64,000 nt of DNA from Lama glama (taxonomy: Eukaryota), in assembly GCA_028534125.1 (NCBI GenBank), contig CM052818.1, forward strand, positions 34,784,001-34,848,000, given 5' to 3'. Each line of letters opens with the position of its first letter. Position 1 is the first letter of the stretch. The notes beneath the pieces are model-generated. The model was not told the DNA's origin, did not search any database, and saw only the letters and a program-made list of their open reading frames with translations. The translations under genes and the position numbers were made by a program. Positions 38,201-52,000 of this stretch are shown here, in pieces.

Positions 38201-40799
38201 AAGAAGGCAAAAGGGGAAGTAAGGACCTATTAGAATATTAAAAGCCTACTGCAATAGTCCAAAAAGTAACAGTGACTTGGACTGGGGACAACAATGGATA
38301 TGGCATATTGTGTATGGAATCCAGACGTATTTTAGAAACAGAATCAACAGTAATTGCTAAGTTGGATGTTGGGGTTAACGGAATGGGAAGACTCAAAGAT
38401 GATTCCCATGTTAACTGGCACTTTGTGTAGGTAAATGGTTAATTCCTCTACAATGTGATACTACTGGTTTCTGGAAACTGTGTTGAAGGTTAAAATTTGC
38501 TGCTGGTACAAGATACAGATGCTAACAGTGGCAAAAATTTCTGACCCCCCCCTTAAAAAAAAAAACAAACAACAACAAAAACAAACAAAAAAAACAAAAA
38601 GAGAAAGAAAAGGGAGACTCAGAGTAACTCACTCTGTTTTCCTGGCAGGACCCACTGCTCTATGGAAAATGTAGATAGCAAGAGATAGTGTGTGGTAGAA
38701 ACTTTCTTGAGATCTGAGACTTTAAAAGCCACAGCTGCTTCTCTATCAACCAAACAAGCTAATTTTAGGCCTACCCACATGTGCCTTGGACAGAGTGAGA
38801 CCCATCTCCACTGTTGTGTAACAGCTAACCTAGAAGATTCCTGAAAAGAAAGCGAGAAGTGAAGATCATTTAAGGAAAGAAAAATAAGACAAAGCTTTAG
38901 CACAGACTAAAGAAAGCTTCCAAAACTAATATTCAAACACAGAATAAGAATTTTTGATGCCAAAACAAGAATCTAAATACATTCATTCAAACTAGAGAGA
39001 GAGAAAAATCACTGTGCTTTTTAGTAGCAACTGGAAGCAAAACAGTAAAGCTGAGGACAGCATTTTGAATTTTGTTGTCATCATAAGTTACGAGCAATGG
39101 GGTTTTAATATAAAAGCATTCTTGAATTACGTGGCTTATCCCAGATCTCTTAACCTGGCACTACATGACTTCTTTTCTCCCTATAATGTTATATGCATGC
39201 CAACCCAAAGAAATAAAATCAGTTGGCATAATGCTAACCTATTAAAAACTATTAATCACAAATTGTAACCAGTCACTCCTAAACTTTATAAGAAAATGGA
39301 TATTTCAAATTAAAAGCAGTCAGCTGTATACATGAACACCTAGAATAAATCAAATTTTCCTTCTGAAGTGTCTTTTTCCTGAGAGAGGTTCTATTTAAAA
39401 TATCTAAAAATTAGCTCTAAATTAGAAATGTTATCATTTCTGTACAATACTTGAGTTTTATGGGTTCAGGAGACATCTTTTCTAGATTAATCTTGAAGGA
39501 CACACTGGACGACATACTATTCCAAAAGAGCATCTTCTGAGGAAGGCTCTCTTTTTAAAAACAAGCGTTAGTTGTTATGTTTACTTCTAAAAGCTACAGA
39601 GACTAAAATGATAGGGGAAAATAATGTTTAAAGCCATAAGGTCAAGAAAGAGAAGGGAAAGTTTGTGGAAGACAGAGTGTAGAAGCAGGAACAGGACATA
39701 CTCAGCAGGGCAAAGGTTTTATATATTATATAAAGAAAAGTATACCTGAAAAAAATACTGTCTTGTATGCTTTTGTTTCTGTTATATACATACTTACATA
39801 TACATGTACATGTATATTAAGTCACAGAGTCATAATGTAAAATGTATCTTACTGTCAAAAAAGTTTGAAAATTGTCTTAAATTATGTACAATTGAGAAGA
39901 GAGGCAATCACTGAAGCAAAGCCTATGAGGGGCTTGAAACATATTATGTAGGGTCAAGTTCAGAATAAGACGTGGGGCTAAAAATAAAGGCGGGGGGAGC
40001 TAGTTGAAACTCAGAATAAGTAACTGACATCCTTTCCCTTGAGGTCACTTTAATTATAATGAAAGAGAATATGAAGCATATTTCATTTACTGAGTTATTT
40101 CTCAGTTAAAGGGGGAAAAAAAATCAATGATCAAGGAGATTATGCTTCAAAAAGAATCATTAAATTTAGAAAATGCTTTAAAATGTCTAAATTTTATTTA
40201 AATTTGTATTAAATTTTAAGGATGTTATAAAGACTGTATTTCTAACTACATGGTCAGGAAATGAAGACATTCTGGTTAGACATATTCTACTTCTAATTAC
40301 ACCAAACTTTTTGAAACTGTCTTTTGCATACTGGGACATTTTTCTCTTCTAAATCTCCTTCTAACTCTCCAACTATAGCTTTGCAATTTCCTTTGCAAAC
40401 TTCCTCCTCTGCTCAAAAATGCTACTATTATGGGTAATTTCCAAATGATAACAGCTATGACTTCTTGAATATTAATTCTACACCAGACTGTTTTAAGTGC
40501 TTTGCATGTATCATTCGCTTATCCTCATAATCATTCTACAGTAGGTCCTATTACAGTAAAACCTAAGACAACATGAACTCAAATTTAACACAACTGCTGA
40601 CTGGCAATGAAAAAAGGAAAATGACAGTAACTGAAAAGAACAGCAAAATCAACTGACAATTTGTACTATTTATAGAAGGCAGTATAGCAATAATGTCACT
40701 CTCAACCCTACATTCTGAGATTTTAATTGCATCCCAGTTCTACCATTTACACGTTGTCAAGACTTTGGTTAAATCATTCCAAAATACCTCCCATTTCAT

Positions 40800-42010
40800 T
40801 ATCCATAAAACAGGGATAACCCAAGAGAAAAGGAAACATTTGCCTAGACAGAGATTTAGAGTGAATAAACAAGTTGTGATATATCTTAACAGTGAAATAC
40901 TACTCAGCAATAAAAAGTAGAGAATCCACTGATACACATAAAATCATTGATAATTTTCAAAATAATTATGCTGAATAAAGAAGCCAAACCCCTTCCCCCC
41001 AAAGAATGACAAAGAAAAAAATACATTATATGATTGCATTTGTATATAGCACTAGAAAATGGAAACAGGTCTAGTGACAAAAAGCAGTCAAGTAGTTGCC
41101 TGGGGACTGGGGATAGGGAGGAAGGAGAGATTACAAAGAGGCTTGAGGAAACTTTTGAGGTGATGGATATGTTCATTATCTTGATTGTGGTGATGGTTTC
41201 AGATTTTTACATATGTCAAAGCTTACCTAAACTGTACACTTTAAATACATTCGGTTTATTGTATGTCAGTTATACTGCAATACGGCTGTTTAAAAAAAAA
41301 AGGAACAACATATATTTCACAAGGTCACTGCATTTATTGGGTTAATACATGTATGTAGAACACCTAATATTTACTGAAAAATACTGCATTATAATTTTAC
41401 TTTATTAGTAACATTTTATTTCATTTTTTAAACATCTTTATTGTGGTGTAATTCCTGTACAGAAAACTACACATATTTCAGATGTACAATTTGATGAATT
41501 TTGATAGATGTATACACCTGTGAAACCACCATCACAACCAAGGTAGCTAACATTTCCATTACTCCCAAGAGGTGCAAATTTTGAACTCCTGATCTGTCCT
41601 TTCCCATCCCCTTTACCATCTGGTAACCATAAGTTTGTTCTCTATGTTTGTGAGTCTGTTTCTCTTCTGTAGGTAAGTGCATTTGTGTCATTTTTTAGAT
41701 TCCACATATAAGCAATATCATATGCTATTTTTCTTTCCAACTTACTTCACTTAGAATGACAATCTCCAGATCCATCCATGTTACTACAAATGGCATTGTT
41801 TTATTCTTTTTTATGGCTGAGTAGTATTCCATTGTGTCTATATACAACTTCTTTATCTAGTCATCTGTTGATGGACACTTAGGTTGTTTCCATGTCTTGG
41901 CTACTGTATACAGTGCTGCTGTGAACATTGGGATACATGTGTCTTTCTGAATTATATTTTCCTCCAGATATATGTCTAGGAGTGGGATTGCTGGATCAGA
42001 TGGTAAGTTT
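40800..42010. mobile_element. LINE-1 3' fragments (plus 40800-41300; minus 41430-42010)
   Basis: Typical L1 3'UTR motifs, e.g. TTTATGGCTGAGTAGTATTCCATTGTG. Confidence 0.8.
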
Positions 42011-42565
42011 ATTGCTATTATAACTTTAAAGTCTATGATTCACACCTGAATATAAATTTTAAAAATTTTATTGTATTTCTATGGGGCTAACCCTATACAA
42101 ACTAGTGAAAACAGTAATGCCTTTAAAATGTTATAAGCACATTAAAGAAAATAAATATTTTAGCTTAAGACTCTCAAAACAACAAAAAGATTATATTAAA
42201 TTTTTTATATTGAGTACAAGCAAAGAATTGTGCTAAAGGCATTACACAGATTATTTCAAGTAATCCTTATAACAATCTTTTGAAATAGGTGATATTATCT
42301 CCATTTTACATATGAAGATAAAAGAGCCTCACAGTGGTATGTAACTTACCTGAGGTCAGTTGCTGGAAAAGCTAAAACAGTCAGCCAGATTTCATGGATT
42401 ACAAATCCATGGCAACAATTTTTTTTTTTAATTCACTGAGAGAAGGTCACCTGACTGCTGGTTTAGAAAGGGAAACTTAAACAGTTGACAAGGAAGGCTA
42501 TCACTTCCTAATCTTTAGGAACTTAACATTCTACTACATGAAGTGAGTCAATTAGCATCACTTAC

Positions 42566-42626
42566 CATATCTGTAGCTTGATCTTCTTTCCTTGTAATTC
42601 AACTGTTTTGATCTTAAAGTCTATTC
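42566..42626 (-). CDS. RAB10: RAB10 coding exon 2 (61 bp): (G)[19 protein letters not shown](W)
   Basis: Minus strand reads polypyrimidine-TAG|GA ATA GAC TTT AAG...CAG ATA TG|GTAAG. The translation matches the Rab10 switch I/interswitch segment, and the phase joins exon 3 to form TGG (W). Confidence 0.97.
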
Positions 42627-45128
42627 CTACAAAATAGAAAAAAAAAAAGGTAAATTGTATCTATTGCTCTGAACTTGGCTATACTACAATTAATCAGTGT
42701 AAAAACACACTTTCAAAATCTTTGTTTGGTTCTGCAAATTCCCTAAGTATGCATTTCTGAGCAAATGTATCCAATTTTAAATTTGAGTAATATAAGATCC
42801 AAGATGGGAGAAGAAATAGTTATATAGAGAAAGTGAGTTACTACAATTAAGAAATTTTTCAAATTCTAAATATCTAATATTTTAATGAAAAAGAATAAAA
42901 AGATGTTTCCTATTAGGAAAAAAATATAGTCTTCACTAGCTTGCAAAGCAAAAGAATACAACCAGGGATAGAAAGGATCATTTCATATTCATAAACAGGT
43001 CAATTAATTAAGAAAGCATAAAAATACTAGATATTTATATATCTGGTAACACAGAGCTTCAAAGTACATGAAGCAAAAGTACTGTAGATACCCCAGGATC
43101 CGTCTGCTCTTTAACTTAAAATCTTCAGCTTGGAGGCATTAGCCTGTTTCCCATACCCAATCAAAAGAAAAAGGGGTCATTTGCCTGACATTGATAAACC
43201 TCAAACTATGTCTACAGCCCATACTTTCGTTCTTTACTGAGAAAATCATCCTCAAATGATCTGGTTGTCAAGAACAACTCTGAACAAGACTGAACAATTC
43301 CAGTTAGGCACACAATTTGTTAATTAATCTTAATGACAAACCTGACAACCAATACTATTCCAGAAAACTTTCCTGAATGAAATTAGGACAGTCTGGAAGC
43401 TCTATACCCTTTGGGATAGAAACCAGGTACAAGTGGAAAACTTTCAAGAAATTCAGGCTTTTTTAAGCCATCTACCTAACTGTTCAAGATAGAAACCTCA
43501 TCCTAGACTCCTTGAGTTTCTCTCTGGATCTCATGTTATCTATCCTCAAACTAATTAGCAGTAGTTGAAGCAGTTCTTCATTCTTTTCTGCACAGAAACC
43601 CTGCTGATGTTCCTACCCTTCTGGCCACTCGTCAGCCTTTATTAACGGTTTCTCCTCACCTCTCTGACCATTTCTAAAAATTGGAGTGAACTTCTCTTCT
43701 CCTCATTTCATGGCTTTAAATTCCACATACACACTGATAACTCTCAAATTTATTACCACAGCCCAGACCACTCTCTGTACCCCAAACTTAAGATACCCAA
43801 CTGCTTACTATCTCCAAATCCCATCTTTCACAAAGACTAAAAACAAAAGTCCTTAAGATAGTTCATAAGGCCCTATGCATTCTGCTCACCTCCCCCTCTC
43901 CACTCTGACCTCAGCGTTTTCTGTAACATCTTATTCTTCCCCAACTAAGGGTATTGGCGGCTTCCTTGTTCCACACACAGATCAGGCAGATTCCCACCTC
44001 AAGGCTTCTGTATATACTGTTCTCTCAACCTGGAATACTACTCTTCTCCATCAGAGCTCCTTCCCCTAGCTAGCAGATCCTAAGCTGCAACTTTTCCTCA
44101 TGTCCCCCACTCCATGTCCATTGTTAATACTCTAACCCTCTTCCTTACTTTTTATCTTTAACATTCCTTACATAAACTTTATGCATTTACTTATTCCTAT
44201 TGTGTATTTTCTCTCTTTGACAAAAAAAAAGATCCAACAAGAGTGGGGATTTTTATCTGTTTAATTCTGTTAAATTCCCAGCATCTAGTGCAATGCCTGA
44301 CATATAAGCAGGCATTCAAAAAATGTGAATAAACAGATCAATGATGTTTTCTAGAGAAAGGAAAAGGGTCCCCAAGAAAAGACATAGATACTTCACCTTT
44401 AGAGTGAAACTCACCATTTGACAAACTCCACAACTGTTCACTTAGCTTCCAATGAGCTTTTTAGAGTTTCAGGCCAAAACATGGACAAAAGTTCCAATGA
44501 TATACCAAAATAAACAAGCGAAAACAAACAAAAAAGGGAACCTGGAGGAGACAGGTGCAATGCATAGGAAAAGATACAGTTCCTTTTATCTTTTCAGAAC
44601 AAGATAGGTGGAAAAGGTAGGGGAGAAAAGGAATTTGAACAAGAAAACTCCTGGAAATTAAAGAAGTAGAAATAACATATTCAACAGAAAGGCTGTAAGA
44701 GAAAAATTGAATTCGCCCAGAAAAATACAATAAAATGACAAAGAATGAAATATAAGTGAGATATGACAAGTTAGAAGATCAAACCAGGAGGTGAGACATC
44801 TAACTCACAGAAGTTCAAGAAAGAACAAAGAAAATGACATATAGAATATAGTAATTTAAAAATTATGCAAGAAAATTTAACAAAATCAAAGGACTCTATT
44901 TTAGACTGAAAGACTCACCAAGTGCCTAGCATAAAGAATAAGATCTATACCAAATTACATTATCGTAAAATTTAGGGGCTAAAGATACTCTCAGGAATAA
45001 AGGTAATATTATAAAAGCTTGCAGAGAAACAAATTAGGCTATATTAAACAATCAAGAATAACAACTCCGAACTACTCAGACTTCTCAACAGCAACACTAG
45101 AATCCAGAATACAAAAAGATAATGTCTT

Positions 45129-45218
45129 GGGGGGAGGGTATAGCTCAGTGATAGAGTGCATGCTTAGCATGCATGAGGTCCTTGGGTTCAACAAATTCCT
45201 CTATCTGAAATTTTTTAA
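45129..45218 (+). mobile_element. tRNA-Ala-derived SINE (Vic-1-like)
   Basis: GGGGAGGGTATAGCTCAGTG start; perfect 16-bp TSD AAAAAGATAATGTCTT at 45113-45128 and 45219-45234. Confidence 0.92.
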
Positions 45219-46647
45219 AAAAAGATAATGTCTTTTTAAAAGTATTTTTGAACTATAAATAGTCAAATCAAATGAAAGAGTAAAATACAGGCATTTCCAG
45301 ACATGATAGATCTCAAAATATTTAGCTCTCATGCATCTTTTATAAGGAAACTACTATGAAGTAGGAAGAAAAGAATTCCACCAAAGAGAGTGAGGTAAAA
45401 GGTAGTTCAGACTGGCCTAGAGAGCAATCAGTTCAGAAGAGAATGAGGACAGAAAACAACTGGACAGAAAAAAAAGAGAAAGTTCTAAGAGGTCTACCTC
45501 CTAAGAGGGGGAGAGGATGAAATGGTATCAATGGAGTCTGTATGAAAAGAATTCAGAGGATTTGGCAATTCTGTTGTAGAGTCTAGGATAAAGTATGGAT
45601 AGTGCCTTGAAATCTATGCATACGTAACAAAGAAGAAACTATAAACTTCAGTAAAAACAGAAGTTATCCAAGAAAGGAAATGCAATTATAGTACACTACT
45701 TGGTTTAGAGTGAACAAACATGTGTATTATAACTATTTGAGAAGATGAAGTGAGAAGCATCAAGAGTATCTGGTGGTATAAGAATATTTAATTCTTACCT
45801 TCCATAACAATAAGAGAAAATTTCTCAAATTAACTTTTTAAAAAGTTAAAAACATAGGACTAGCGAACATGGGGTTGAATATCATAAGAAAAAGCCAAAA
45901 AATGTTTGGGAAAGGTAACACCTAGGTGATCATGGAACAGGATTTATTGCTGTTTCTCCTGTTGTCATTGGCCTTGAAGTGCTAGCTGACTTCTAAAACT
46001 TTGTAGTTATTATATTAATAGAAATAAAAATTCAGTAAACAGAGGAAGAGGTATGTTTATAAATGCTCTCTCCACTACTCGAACACTCCAACTGGATCAC
46101 TGAATTTCTAGCATGGCCCCAAGCTACCCCTGTAGTCTCACTCCTTCTAGTCTTCCTTCTATAGTCACCCTGAAACAAAACTTTTACAGCTGTGCACTTT
46201 CTCCAAGCAAGTACCTTTGTCACTCCAGCATGTACTTTCTATACCCCCAAATGTTGGAAAAACCTATACTTGAGATATGGTAGAAGTTTTTGATAAAATT
46301 TAGGGATTAGAGTAAGATCAATAGCTTAGTCGCAAACAGAAGCTAGGAAAACATCACTCTTTAAGATTCTGCCAGGAGGAATCAGATTCTCCTGTAACAC
46401 TATCATTTATTAAATGACCACAGGCTACAGTAAAATTATAGGGTTTAATCCAACCAGTGATTCTTTTTTCAGGTTCTGCTTATGTAAAAACATAGTAAAG
46501 GAAATCCTCACTTTTTACAGATTCTTGGGACCCAGTTCAAACAAGTATTTCAATTTACTGGAGTCTAACTCACTTATCAATGTTCTGCTCCTCAAGAAAG
46601 TGAGAAACAGTACCAGCCAAAAGATGTGCCTAAATAATGTTGCAGGA

Positions 46648-46679
46648 GCACCATCCAGTGGCGAGAAGAGTAACTGCAA
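46648..46679 (-). promoter_or_regulatory. Candidate CTCF site with upstream module
   Basis: Minus strand reads TTGCAGTTAC-TCTTC-TCGCCACTGGATGGTGC; motif match only. Confidence 0.5.
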
Positions 46680-47499
46680 CTTCTAGCCACTGCAGGTAAG
46701 TTTTCCAAAGCTTGGCTTCTGATGACACATACATCAATACACAGTAATTAATGCAGGCAGAAACAACCTATACAACAAACTCCAGACAACCAAAGTTTAT
46801 AACAACTTATAGCTAAATGATCAATATCTGTGCCTTAATATCTGTGGTTTTTAACAAGTGGAAATCAAGTGTTTTCAAAACATCAGAAAAAAATTAAAAT
46901 TATATACCTACAATCCTTTGAACTTAGCTTAGTTTGGAATTTAAGAGATCAAGTCTAGTCCTACTTCTGTCATTAACAGTATAAATTTGGAAAAGGCCAT
47001 TTCCCAATATGGACATTAGTTTCTTTACTAGGATGCAGATGTGAAAATGCAGAATGCAAAAGAGTTCCCTCTGAAGATCCTTCCATATAGTACTAATAGC
47101 TTAGTGAACACTGATAATTTACAATGCGTCAGGCACTGTTTTAAGCCCTTTGCATAGATTAACTTATTGAACCATCAGAACAATCTTAGTCCATACTATT
47201 ATTTCCATTCTACAAATGAAGAATAAAATAAAAATCAACAGCAGCAGCAAAAAAACAAAAAAACCCAAATACCCCACTAGTATTTACTGGGTATTACTAA
47301 GCATTTCACATATACCGTCTTGTCTAATATTCACAAAAACCCTTTGAGAAAGTACTAATATGCCTATTTTACAAAACAGAAAATTTATGGTAATTTACTT
47401 AAAGTCACAGAATAGGTGGCATAACCAGAACTCAATTCCATGTCTGCTGGATTTCAGATAATGCACACTCATCACTACTTTAAGTTCAGTAACCTCATC

Positions 47500-48500
47500 T
47501 TCTATTGAGGTAAAATGCGCATAACATAAAATTCACCATTTTAAAGTGAACAATTCAGTACATTCACAACATTGTGCAACCACCACCTCTAACTAGCTGT
47601 AAAACATTTCATCATCTCAAAAGGAAACTTCATACCCATTAAGCAGTGGCCTTCCTTTATCCCCTCCCACTACTCCCCTGGAAATCAGTCTGTATTCTGT
47701 CTCTATAGATTTAACTATTCTGGATATTTTGTATAGATGAAAACATGTAACAGGTAATCTTTTGTGTCTGGCTTCTTCCACTTACCATTTTTCACGGTCC
47801 ATCCACATCACAGCTCAAACCAGTACCTCATTTCTTTTTATGACTGAATAATATTCCATCATATGTATATGTACCATAATGCACTTATCCACCCATCTGT
47901 TGATGGGACTGGGCTGTTTTCACCTTTTGGCTTTGGTAAAAGTGTTGCTATGAATACGCATGTGCATGTGTTTGAGTACTTGTTTTCAATTCTTTGGGGT
48001 ATATACAAGGAGTGGAATTGCTGGGTCATATAATAATTTTATGTTTAACTTCTTGAGGAACCAATGTTTTCCATAGCAGCTGCACCATGTCACTAGCAAT
48101 ATGTGATGGTTCAATTTTCTACATCCTAACAAATGCTTATTATTTTCCTTTTTTTAAGTCATCCTAGGGCGTACATATGACGTGGTGCCTCACTGTAGTT
48201 TTGATTTGCATTTTCCTAATGATTAATGATGCTGAATATCAGTTCATGTGCTTGTTAGCCATTTGTGTATCTTTGGAGAAATGTCTTATCATTTGCCCAC
48301 TTTTAAATCAAGACGTCTTTCTGTTGAGCTTGTAAGCATTCTTTGTACCTTCTGGATACGAGACTCGTATCAGATACATGATTTGCAAATTATTTCCTCC
48401 ATTCTGCAGGCTGTCTTCATTTTCTTGATTTCCTTCAATGCATATAAGTTTTCAATTTTGATGAAGTCCAATTATCTATTTTTCTCCTTTGCTGCATGTC
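47500..48500 (-). mobile_element. LINE-1 3' portion (L1MB-like)
   Basis: ATAACATAAAATTCACCATTTTAAAGTG...GATGAAGTCCAATT antisense motifs. Confidence 0.85.
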
Positions 48501-49059
48501 ATAACTCCACTGATTTTAACTTTTGAAATTCAAGAGACAGGATACATGCCTGGGAACTGAGAAATTACTGACAAAACCAAAGCTAAATTCAACTTTTTCC
48601 AACTACATCCTAAGCTGTAATAGAGGGATAATACAAGCATTTCTAGTGTAATGTCATATATGCCTATACATGTATTATCTATGAACTATTTCATGTCATA
48701 GTAATGTGTGTTTCAGTAGAATAAATTAGACTATATACTTGGCACTGAACGAAGCAGATAAAAATCCTCTGTTGAGGCAATTTACATTCTGGAGAAGAGA
48801 GACAATCAATCAATCAATCAAATGTTAATAGTGTTAGTAGTGATAAATGGTATAAACAAGAATGGAGGGAGAGCTATTTTATATTAAGGAAATCAGGGAA
48901 TGTCTTACTGAAGACCTTTGTGCAATGACCTCAAAGAGGTTTGGGAACAAGCCGTGTGAATATCTGGGGAGTGTTTCAGGCACAGGAAATAGTAAGTACC
49001 AAGGGCCTGAGGGGGAAATATGCTTGGAGTGTTCAAGAAAGATAGTTAGGGGTTTGAGT

Positions 49060-52000
49060 ACAGTGACAATGAGCCTTCTAATCCATGAATATGGTAGAGT
49101 TCTCTGTTAAATAGTCATTTGAGCTTTATTATGATTAGTAACTTGTTAGATATATCTAATTTTTTTTTAGTGGTTGTGCTAGGGTTTGTAATATACATTT
49201 TTAACTCAGCAGAGCTTATCTTCAAACAGTATTATACCACGTCTGGTATAAATATAAGAACTTTGAGGTCTCTCAGCAGTATTCTGTAGTTTTTAGTGCC
49301 TAGGTCCTTGTATATCTTTAAAGTTTCATTTTCCAGTTGTTTACTTCTAAATACAAAATTCCTTCTGTGTACTGACCTTCCATCCTGTAAACTTGCTACA
49401 TTAAATTATTAATTCTAGCTGCTCTTCTTTTTTTTTCAGGGGGAGGTTGCTTCTCAGAATTTTCTATGTGGGTGTGTATATATATATGTAATGTATATAT
49501 TATATATATATACACAAAATCAGGTAGTTTGCAAACAGGCACTTTCATATCATCTCCCTTTTGAAACTGACTTGTTTCTCTTGACTTATTGTACTAGCTA
49601 GAACCTCTAATATCTAATATATTGTTGTTTTGTACTTGATCCTTAAGAGAGAAAGCTTAGACTGAAAGCTTTACCATTAAAGTATGTTAACTAGTACATC
49701 ATTGAGTAGATAGAGGAAATGTTCTATTCCTAGCTTGCTTAGATATCATGATGCAAAATGAGGCTGGCATTTTGTCAAATGTTTTTCTATACCTACTAAA
49801 AATGTTCATGATTTTTCTTTATTCCAGTAAGGCAGCTAACTAAAACTGACTGGATGTGAAGACAACATTGGATTCCTGAAAAAACCCCATGTGGTCAATA
49901 TATTCATTTTATAAGTTCCTGGAATTGATTTGAAATTATTTAGATGAGAGTTCTTATGTACATGTTCATGAAGGACATTTTAATGCTAATTAGGAACAGG
50001 TCTTATCTTTGTCTGGTTTTCGTATTCAAGACAAGGCTGGTTCAATAAATGATCTGAAAGTGTGCCCTCCTCCTGTATTTACTGAAAATAGTTTAAGATT
50101 GGTATTTTCTTCCTTAAATGCTTGATAACATTCACCCAGTGAAGCTGCCTAGGCCTTGTGGTTTCTTTCCAAGGTTTTTAAATTTAAGATTCAATTTCTT
50201 TAATATATGTCTACTTACTTCTACCAGTTACTCAAGAGGAATGGTGAAATATCCAACTATATAATTGTGGATTATCTATTTCTCTTTCCAATTCTGCCAG
50301 TTTTTGCTTTAGGAGTTTTGAAACTCTGTTATTACATATATAAATATGATAAACTGACAGCTTTATCAGCATGAAACATCTCTATCACTGAAAATATATC
50401 CCTTGCTCTGAAACCTACTTTGTCTGATATTAATAGTCATTTGAGCTTTTATGGTTAGTAACTTATTAGATATATCTAACTTTTTTTAGTGGCTGCGCTA
50501 GGGTTTATAATATATATTTTTAACTTAACACAGCTTATCTTCAAACCATATTATACCACTTCTGGTATTAATGTAAGAACCTTATAGAAGTATACTTCTG
50601 TTTTCTCCCCTCCCATTACTGGGCTATTAGTTTTTAAAATTTTTTATCCTACATGTTATACTTCTACATTTTACTTCTAAATATTATGAATCCTATAAAA
50701 CATTAAAATTTTTGCTTTAAAGAGTCAATAGTCTTCAAAATAAATTAAAATTTGAGAAAAAAGTATTTTATATTTCCCCACACATTTACCATTTCTTAAC
50801 CTCTTCATTCCTCTGTGTAGATCTGAGTTTCTAACTGGAATGCTTTCATTCAACCTGAAAAACTTAACATTTTCAATAGTGCAAGACTGTAAGCAAGAGA
50901 TTCTCTCAGGTTTTGTCTGGAAAATGTCTTTATTTTGGTTTTATTTTGAAGGATATTTTTGTTAGGATTGAATTCTAACCTGACAGTTTTTCCCTTTCAG
51001 AACTTTATTTTTTTTTAAACCTTTATTTATTTTGGGGGGGTGGTTAGGTTAATTTATTTATGTTTTAATGGAGGTAGTGAGGATTGAACCCAGGACCTCG
51101 TACATGCTAAGCACACACTCTACCACTGAGCTATCCCCTCCCTGCTTCCTTTCAGAACCTTAAATATATAATTCCACTGTCTTCTGGCTTGCAACTATTT
51201 CTTCATCTACTTCCCCGTCCCCCTTTTGGGAGAAACATAGATACAAGAAACTTTTTATTTTGAAATTATCTTAACAGAAAAGTTGCAAAAATAGCACAGA
51301 GTTTACATACATCTTTTATCCAGCTTATCCTAATGTTAACATTTCATAACCATAGTAGATTTATCAGAAACAAGAAAGTAACACTGGTACAATGCAATTA
51401 ATTTAACTATAGACCTAACCTATCAGTTTTTTCACTCATCTCTTTGTATTCCAGGATCTAGTCCAGGTTCCCACTTTGTATTTAGCTGTCATGTGTCCTG
51501 AGTCTCCTCCAATCTGTGACAGTTACTCAGTCTTTTCCTGTCTTTCATGATCTGGATAACTTTAAAATACTGGTCAGGTGTTTTGTAGAATCCTCCCTTA
51601 TTTTGGGTTTGTCTGATATGTCCTAATAATTAAAGATTTTGCATTTTTTGGTAAGAATACCACAAAACACCACAGATCTACTGTTTAACCTTTCCTGGTT
51701 CATTGTATCATCGAGTATATATTGTGAATGTCTTCTTTCTGTTATATTAACCTTGATAATTTGGTTAAGGTAATATCTACTGAGTCTCTCTCCACCGTAA
51801 ATACATTGTTTTTCCCCTTGTAATTAATAATTTCTTGGAGAAAATACTTTGAGACTATGCAAATGTTCCTCTTCACCCCTTTACCCACTGATTTTACCAT
51901 CACTGGGCTGTGCCTGTGATAATTATTACTGCAGTATTTGTTAAATGGCAATTTTGTGTTTCAGGCATTGCTTTACATTTATTAAACTGGAATTCTTCAT

